From positions 5,518,001 to 5,582,000 of the forward strand of contig OX597837.1 of the NCBI GenBank assembly GCA_951406725.2: a stretch of 64,000 bases of DNA, read 5' to 3'. The stretch is from Octopus vulgaris. Its lineage: Eukaryota. A model generated the notes under the pieces. That model saw only the letters and a program-made list of their open reading frames with translations, searched no databases and had not been told where the DNA came from. Of this stretch, positions 55,445-64,000 are shown one piece after another (positions within the stretch are counted from its first letter, which is position 1; the number at the start of each line of letters is the position of its first letter). A program made the translations under genes and the position numbers.

Positions 55445-55851
55445 TTACATATACATATATGTCTGTATATAACTTTATGTAAACTCACCCGTCTACATGT
55501 ATGGAAAATCATTGGCTATTTAGCTCATTGTTACGTAGTTACTACACACATACACATACGCACATAGTGAAACGTACGCTCACATATACATATGCACAAG
55601 CATTTGCATATATAGTCATACAAGATGCACACCAAAGCTGGCCTTAATCATAATTTATGAGACCAATTCATATTGAGAGTTTAGAAAGGAAGACAGGTTA
55701 GTTCAGATGCCTTCAGTGGTCAAATATAGAATTGTGGTTGGTTTGCGAATGACTAATGCTTAAAAATGAATGATTAACTTTGTAACACGGCCATTCATGA
55801 ATAGTCACCCCCACTCTCTCTTACTTTACAAGCATACATATACACACACAC

Positions 55852-55920
<69 letters not shown>

Positions 55921-55957
55921 CACATACATATTCATACACAATATATATTCTGATATG

Positions 55958-56010
<53 letters not shown>

Positions 56011-56235
56011 GTGTGTGTGTGTATCTCTGTGTGTGCACCTATGTTTATATTTATGTATGTAAGTATCTACCTATCTATCTATTTCTCTATGTATATCTAT
56101 GTATCTATTTTCCTCAATATATATGTGTGAGCGTCTGGCCTTCTTTGTGCGTACGTGCGTGTGTGTATTTGTGGCTGTGTGTGCGTGTGTATATGGTTGT
56201 GTCTGTGTTTGTGTATAGTTGTATGTTTGTGTGTG

Positions 56236-56570
56236 TATACAAGGAGCATTTTATAAGTTTCGAATCCTTGCAGGAGAGATATTTGTTATTTTCGCTGAAG
56301 TACAAAACTTTAATCTTTAAAATAGGAACCTCTGGTTTCAGTACACTTGGTATTGCGCTCCAACCACTTAGTGAACTCTCTGTAGAAGTCATCCAAAGAT
56401 AACGCGTTCCTAGTCACAGCCCCATTCGCCTTTCCTATTATCTTGAGGATGAACCAAAAACCCCGGGATGCAATATCAGGGCTATAGGAATGGAGAGGGC
56501 CAATTTTGATGCATGCCCATCTTTGTCAAGACGGAGTTGTGAAATGCTGCATTATCCTCGAAAAGGTACT
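56236..56570 (-). mobile_element. Mariner-like transposase C-terminal relic with terminal repeat
   Basis: The minus strand has EDNAAFHNS, HSYSPDIASRGFWF (the YSPDLAP.DF.LF motif) and WLERNTKCTETRGSYFKD* in shifting frames. Confidence 0.75.
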
Positions 56571-58081
56571 GTGACCTTTTGCGACAAAATATCTTCCTGA
56601 ACTCCCTCAAGACATCCAAAAATACACTTTGATGACCGTATTGCCCGTGGAAACCTAGTGTACCTATATGATGCTCTTGCTGCTCTAAAAAAGGGGATCA
56701 TCATGCGGCTCCCAGGCGACAACAAAATATTCGGAGAGTTGGAGGAGCAAAAAATGGACAGAAAAAACACGGACAGGTCATCCGTCGCTTTCAATCATTA
56801 GTCAAGAAGCAGATCGTCTTTCGGCTGGTTAATCTCAAGACAGCTCTAATCTGGCCAGCCTCAAGAAAACCTGAGCTAAAGGCGCTAGATTCTTTGGAAG
56901 ATAGCAAGCAGATGTATACGAAAACAAGGACGAAAATGGTACACAATTGCAAATACAAAAAACAGGATATTAACAAAAGGTGTCTTTCGACTAAGGATGA
57001 ATTAAATTAAGGTGACGTATGTGGAAGTGAAGCCTTACGGCAATATATACATGAGGCTGTGCAGAAAAGTTTCAGGCTTTGAATAACAAAAAAGATACAA
57101 TAGAATCAATTATGATTTTATTCAACATATTCTCCCCTGAGATTCACACACGTACTGCAGCGCTTCTTTTGTTTTGCTAAGCACTGAAGAAGAACTTGGA
57201 ATGTTGAACACGCCATTAAACCACAGGCGTTTCGAGGAATGTTAGAACTGCTGTTACAACCATCTCCCTTAATATTGAATAACAAATGTTGGCAGGTTAT
57301 ATTATTGGATATATACTAACGATATATCAAAACTAATGTCGCCTGGAACGTTATAAGTGTTTCTCCTAAAAACGTCTGGAATACACCTCGAATTTATGAA
57401 TGTATATAATTTCATATACACTTACATATACATGTAAGTGTATGTAACAAACTTCTATGTTTTTATATACGAAAAAATTGATTCGTTTGCAATACATTTG
57501 ACTATCACTTGATAAAACAACAACAGAAGTTTTGTGGAAAATTGTTATTTAAACAAAGTGCTGATTTACACGACAACTTTTTAACAGAGATAACTTTAGG
57601 AATTGTTCTTCAAGATTTTCTGGACAATCAATCATATATTTTCAGAAACGGATCTCTTTCAAAGGAAATAATTTTCCAACAATTACAAACGCACTGACAA
57701 CTATTTGAAGTTATATATTATTAATATTTTTTGTTTCTGTGAATATAAATCACCTGTTTAAACTATTTTTTCGTGTTTTTCCTTATTATTCATTTATTTT
57801 TCTCTTTATCGCCATTAACTGTTTTTTATGGTTCTGTCTCTGTTGCAGCAGCAGCAGCAGCTGCTGTTGAAATTGTTGTTGCTCTTGTTACATCTGCATT
57901 TCTTTGAGTATTTTCGATATACTAGGGAAAAAAAGAAGCTCACTCTCTCTCAGTCAAAGAATTCACTGGACGCTATATAACAACAACAACAACAACAACA
58001 ACAATAATAATGAAAATAATAATAATCCTTCCTACTATAGGCACACGGCCCGAAACTTCGATTCTGCCAGTTCACCGCATT

Positions 58082-58134
<53 letters not shown>

Positions 58135-58271
58135 CAACAACAACAACAATAATAACAACAATAATAATAATAATAATAAAAATAATAACAATAATAATAA
58201 TAATAATAATAACAACAACAACAATAATAATAATAATAATGATAATAATAATAATAGTAATAATTATTATT

Positions 58272-58350
<79 letters not shown>

Positions 58351-58416
58351 GTAATAGCAATAATAAAGGGAAAACGAAAGCTGTAAGCTTCTTGAAAACT
58401 TTACAAAAAGCCGCTT

Positions 58417-58446
58417 TATATTTCGGGCATAAAATCCCATCATCAG
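58417..58446 (-). ncRNA. Minimal hammerhead ribozyme motif with canonical core
   Basis: The minus strand reads cctt-CTGATGA-t-GGG-attttatg-CCC-GAAA-TAT-A-aag, giving a palindromic ATAT stem III and a stem I of about 3 bp. Confidence 0.6.
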
Positions 58447-58640
58447 AAGGAAGCAACTCAAGAAAAGTGTAGTGACATCGAATTCCTTATTTAAATTTGT
58501 GAAAAGTGGTCTAGATGAAATAATCACAGATATTATGAGATTTTTTGTTTTAGAATAAGGTATAAAATGCAAATGTGAGCTCAGTCCGCGATATCAACAA
58601 TGTATACATATACATATATATAATCTCTATGCATATATAC

Positions 58641-58733
<93 letters not shown>

Positions 58734-59027
58734 GTTAATCCAAACAAGAAAACACAGAAAAAAAGAGGAAAAAACACAGCAACGCGAGGATGCATATATA
58801 TATATATATATATGCATATATATATTCATATATACCTATATATATTTACATGTACATATGTATATATGAATATATATACACATATACATGTATATATAAA
58901 TACATATGTCTATGTATATATACCTATATAAACATGTATATATATATGTATGCATATATATATATTTATATGTATATATATACGTACATATATATATATG
59001 TGTGTGTATGTATGTGTATATACATAT

Positions 59028-59075
<48 letters not shown>

Positions 59076-59079
<4 letters not shown>

Positions 59080-59253
59080 CACAGTATCACAAGGTTATTT
59101 GGGCACCATCCGTGAGAAAAATAGCACCTTCAGGTAATTCACTCTGCCAGAAAAGCTGTAGTGCTTGGCATTCACGCCGGAAGCTCCAATACAGATATTT
59201 CAGTGCATTTAGATGCCAATCTGAGGTCAGTGCAAAGGATTCGGAAAGAATTG
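59076..59253 (+). mobile_element. Tc1/mariner-like N-terminal HTH fragment
   Basis: 59155-59253 reads AVVLGIHAGSSNTDISVHLDANLRSVQRIRKEL, an HTH-like pattern. Confidence 0.45.
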
Positions 59254-59260
59254 TATGTTT

Positions 59261-59301
<41 letters not shown>

Positions 59302-59326
59302 TTATGTATATATGTATGTATTTATG

Positions 59327-59390
<64 letters not shown>

Positions 59391-59686
59391 ATGTAGGATA
59401 AAATGTTTTCGAAAAAAATTTTATCAATGGCCAGCATATTAAAAAATACCTTTTAAAGGTTAAAATTATAAACTAAAGAAGGAATTTTTTAGAAATTTCT
59501 GCCGGTTTTTTTCGAGTAGCGTGCGTTCTGTGAAAATTATATAGTAATGGACAATATGTCCAATTTTTCGGCATATTTGGCATTAGAAATTTTTTCGTTT
59601 GTCCTGATTTATAAATAGTTTATATATATATACATATATGCTAGTTTTAAAACCGCTCGAACAGACAGCCATGTTAAAGTTGCTAC

Positions 59687-59744
<58 letters not shown>

Positions 59745-60386
59745 GTGTGTGTGAGTGTTTCTGTATGTATATTTGTGTTTACTTATGTAAAGCTGACTTT
59801 TCGGTATTTAGGATTTATGGTGTACTTAGAAACATTATCCATATAAAATGACAATAATTTGACGTACAGCACATACATTCACACACACACATAAACACAC
59901 ACATAAACACAAATAGATGATTACACGAATACCAATATACACGCATATAAATACGAAATTCTAACATATAAGAAGCTTACGTAACAAACACAGTAACAAA
60001 TGATTCTCACAGCAACAAACATGGAGACAATTTGCCACACATATACAGCGGCGCAAATGAACACACTCATACACATACACACACACAAATATATACCTGT
60101 ACAAACACACACTTACATACACATACACACACAAACTCACATTCACTCACCTTCTCTCCCTCTCTTTCTCTCTCTCTCTCTGTCTTGCACAGAAGCACGC
60201 AGACATTGCTGATTTCAACAGATAAGCGTTCTAGAAAATGTGAGTTGATTAATAAATGAATATCACGGAAACAGCTTACTTTATCATGGATCCGCCTTCA
60301 TTAGTTCGTTAGCGATGGCATTATCATGTGGAAAGTCCATCTGCACACATCCTTAGTGCGTCTCTCTTTATATATATGTATGTATG

Positions 60387-60423
<37 letters not shown>

Positions 60424-60557
60424 ATATATATGTATATATATATGTATATATATATACATATATATACATATACATTTATGCATAACTATATATAGATGTA
60501 TAAACACTCGCACACAAACACACAGAGAAACGTGTAACATACATGCATATACATACA

Positions 60558-60593
<36 letters not shown>

Positions 60594-60930
60594 TAGACAA
60601 GTATCTACGCATATGTATACATTATTATTAAAAATATATAAATATGCATATAGATATATACATTGATATATACATGTATAGAGACGCATATAAGAGAATA
60701 TGTGCATATATATGTCTATAAATATATATATATATATATATATATGCATATTTATATATATATATGCATATTTACATATATATATGTATATATATATATA
60801 CAGGTGTATATATACACACACATAGATGCATATATGTATATATATATGCGTCAGTGGGTGATTGTGTTTGTATTAGTATTTATGAACATATATAATAATG
60901 ATGTTATATATGTGCATACATATATATATA

Positions 60931-60997
<67 letters not shown>

Positions 60998-61189
60998 CAT
61001 ATACATATATGTCGTTGTAGTGGTGTTTATATTACTACCCTATAATTGCTATTGTTCAAACTTCCAATGCAAGTTCAATGACCAAATCACAAACAACCTA
61101 ATTTCGGTGATGTCTATCAATCGATCTATTTTCTATCGCTTCGTCAATCTACTAATTTACCTATGTATATATACGGGCATGTATGTATG

Positions 61190-61263
<74 letters not shown>

Positions 61264-61283
61264 TATACATATACACACATACT

Positions 61284-61321
<38 letters not shown>

Positions 61322-61510
61322 CATACATATATCAAGTATATATATATATACATATATATATATACATAGATATAATCATACATATGTATATGTATATATA
61401 TATACATATACATACATATATATATATTCATATATATATGTATATGTCTATATATATGCGTGTGTGTGTTTGTGTATGTGCATATATACATATATATATA
61501 TATGTATATG

Positions 61511-61567
<57 letters not shown>

Positions 61568-61664
61568 ATATATATATGTATATGTATGCATCTATCTATC
61601 TATCTAAGTATGAACATGTATATCTATCTATCTATCCATCCATATCTCTCTCTATCCATATATA

Positions 61665-61769
<105 letters not shown>

Positions 61770-62001
61770 GCAGCCATTATTCAAGTTAACTTACTCCCTC
61801 TTCCTGTGTGTATATGCTTACATAAATATGCAGGTTAACAGTACATACAAATGTATACACGCACTTGTAATACATAGTTATCAGTATATACCTGCGCATG
61901 TATCTTTGTTTCCGTGTCTCTATCTTTGTGTGTATTTATGTTTGTAGTTATTTTCTGCAGTAATTCCACCGTTCATTACAGCTCACGGGTATGTGTGTCT
62001 G

Positions 62002-62044
<43 letters not shown>

Positions 62045-62130
62045 TGAGAGAGTGTGTGACTGTGAGTGTGTGCAGGTATGTATGTATGTATGCATGTTCG
62101 TATGTATATCGTTGTATATCGTTGTATGTA

Positions 62131-62192
<62 letters not shown>

Positions 62193-62379
62193 TATATGTA
62201 TATATATACATGTATGTATATGCATGGTTAGTTAATTATAATTATCTCCCTCTATATCCATATGTGTTTCGGCATATACGTAAGTAGATATATAGGCATG
62301 TGTGTCAGTGCGTTTGTATGAGCGTGTGAATGTGCGAGTAAATGCATATGTGCATGTGTATGCATATATTTATACACAC

Positions 62380-62421
<42 letters not shown>

Positions 62422-62483
62422 TTCTTTCACTTTCTCTCTCTCTCTTTATGTATAAATATATATTTATATATATAGATATATAC

Positions 62484-62527
<44 letters not shown>

Positions 62528-62629
62528 GTATATATGTGTGCGTGTGTGTATACTTATATATATATGCATGTATGTGTATACGTATATATGGATGTATGTG
62601 CATACATATATATATATGCGTGTGTGTTC

Positions 62630-62693
<64 letters not shown>

Positions 62694-63185
62694 GTGTATG
62701 CGTGTGTGATATTAGGATATGGAAGTGCACAATTGTCCTTTCACAACACTGTTCTTCATGTATCCGTTTCACCTCGGGATGTCAGCCGGTATGTACTCTC
62801 TAATGAAGGAGGTGAATATGCCTTATTCAGCATCTACTTATTATTGCTACATCTTCTGTTGTTATTACTGCAGCTTTCACTAACAGCCTTTAACTATGCA
62901 TTTTCGTGCATATATGCGTGTATATATGTGTATGCGTGTTTGTGTGTGTGTGTTTAAATGAGTATTTCTCTATTTCTCTGTATGTCTCGCCGCATTTATC
63001 ACCATGTACCTGTGTGCTTGTGTGTTTTCTCTGTGATTTTCTCTATGTAAGTGTGTATGTTAGTGTGTATACATCTACGTATATAAATATATTTGTATAT
63101 ATGTATCCCTCCCTCCATCGATCCATCCATCGATCCATCCATCTCCATATAAGTATATATATATAGATTGATAGATCGGTAGCTA

Positions 63186-63317
63186 CTACACACATTTTTT
63201 CTCTCCTTGTTTTTTTTTTCTGTGTCCCTTTCTGTAAAAGAGCGTAGACTCGAAACGTAAAAGACTTTTTCTATTCCTGGTCGTTATACTAATACATCTG
63301 TTTGTTTTGAACATTCT

Positions 63318-63321
<4 letters not shown>
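63186..63321 (+). mobile_element. (TA)n-adjacent short repeat with degenerate hammerhead-like motif
   Basis: 63232-63260 reads CTGTAAA-a-GAGC-gtag-ACTC-GAAACGTAA, and the element is homologous to 20785-20929. Confidence 0.65.
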
Positions 63322-63410
<89 letters not shown>

Positions 63411-63444
63411 GATATAGTTATGTATACATACGTATACACACATA

Positions 63445-64000
63445 TTGCTCGCTGAATGTGTTTGCCAGTTGAATACTGACTATGTTGCTGTAATACGCTA
63501 AATCAAGATCTAAACATGTCTGCCATTTCTATAAATTTGCTCTCATGTACAGATCTTGTCGAAATGAATTGTATATGAATGAAAGTATTGAGTCTTCACT
63601 ACGTTTCCTCAACGTTGTGTCGTGGAATATAAATAATTCTTCTCTCTAAGCACACACCGTACCCTGGTAAGACTACAATAGGTATTAAAATCTAACCCAG
63701 CCGTGCAAAACGGTCGAAGTACCTTTCCTAACATGGCTCGTTGATTTCTGTTAATTACTGATGTTACAAAACAGCGCGTTGCAGAACAATATCCTCAAGG
63801 TTTTAACATCCGTATTTTTCCAAGTATTTTCTGGTGTGGCTCTGTGACATGCCATTGATTGGTTTACGGTATCGATACCGGTTTTGATGTGGATCGACAG
63901 TGAAGTGCTTACGGTGTTCACTTCGTTATTTCTTATGGAACGTCAGTTATTGTTTAGCGGCGTTCAATCCATTGATGCTTGTGGAACGATAATAATTAAA
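63445..64000 (-). mobile_element. Possible very degenerate LINE AP-endonuclease fragment
   Basis: Scattered DFN, GYGV and THSA-like words occur on the minus strand in different frames; the signal is weak. Confidence 0.25.

Overview
This is AT-rich, microsatellite-saturated animal DNA, either intergenic or deep in an intron. The tRNA-derived SINE families and the (TA)n/(TATC)n/(TACA)n/(AAT)n load point to an octopus genome (inference). I find no intact host protein-coding exon, rRNA, true tRNA gene or CRISPR array, and almost all listed ORFs are translations of simple repeats. The recognisable content is mobile-element debris: three SINE families, Tx1/L1-clade LINE pieces in (TATC)n, R4/Dong-like pieces in (AAT)n, CR1- and RTE-like fragments, Tc1/mariner relics and MITEs, a non-autonomous Helitron and a Penelope-like ORF relic. 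Five signals stand out. (1) A set of short elements in (TA)n or beside (AAT)n tracts carries hammerhead-ribozyme motifs of the minimal Penelope type, including one structurally complete canonical hammerhead at 48814-48910 and recurrent non-canonical core variants. (2) Microsatellite types appear partitioned among retroelement families. (3) A GC-rich, polyadenylated orphan reading frame has two in-frame TGA codons (30822-31289, minus). (4) A multi-template rearrangement sits at the 5' end of a Tx1 insertion. (5) Several long fold-back palindromes occur. All family assignments come from motif recognition by eye, not database searches, and element boundaries are approximate.
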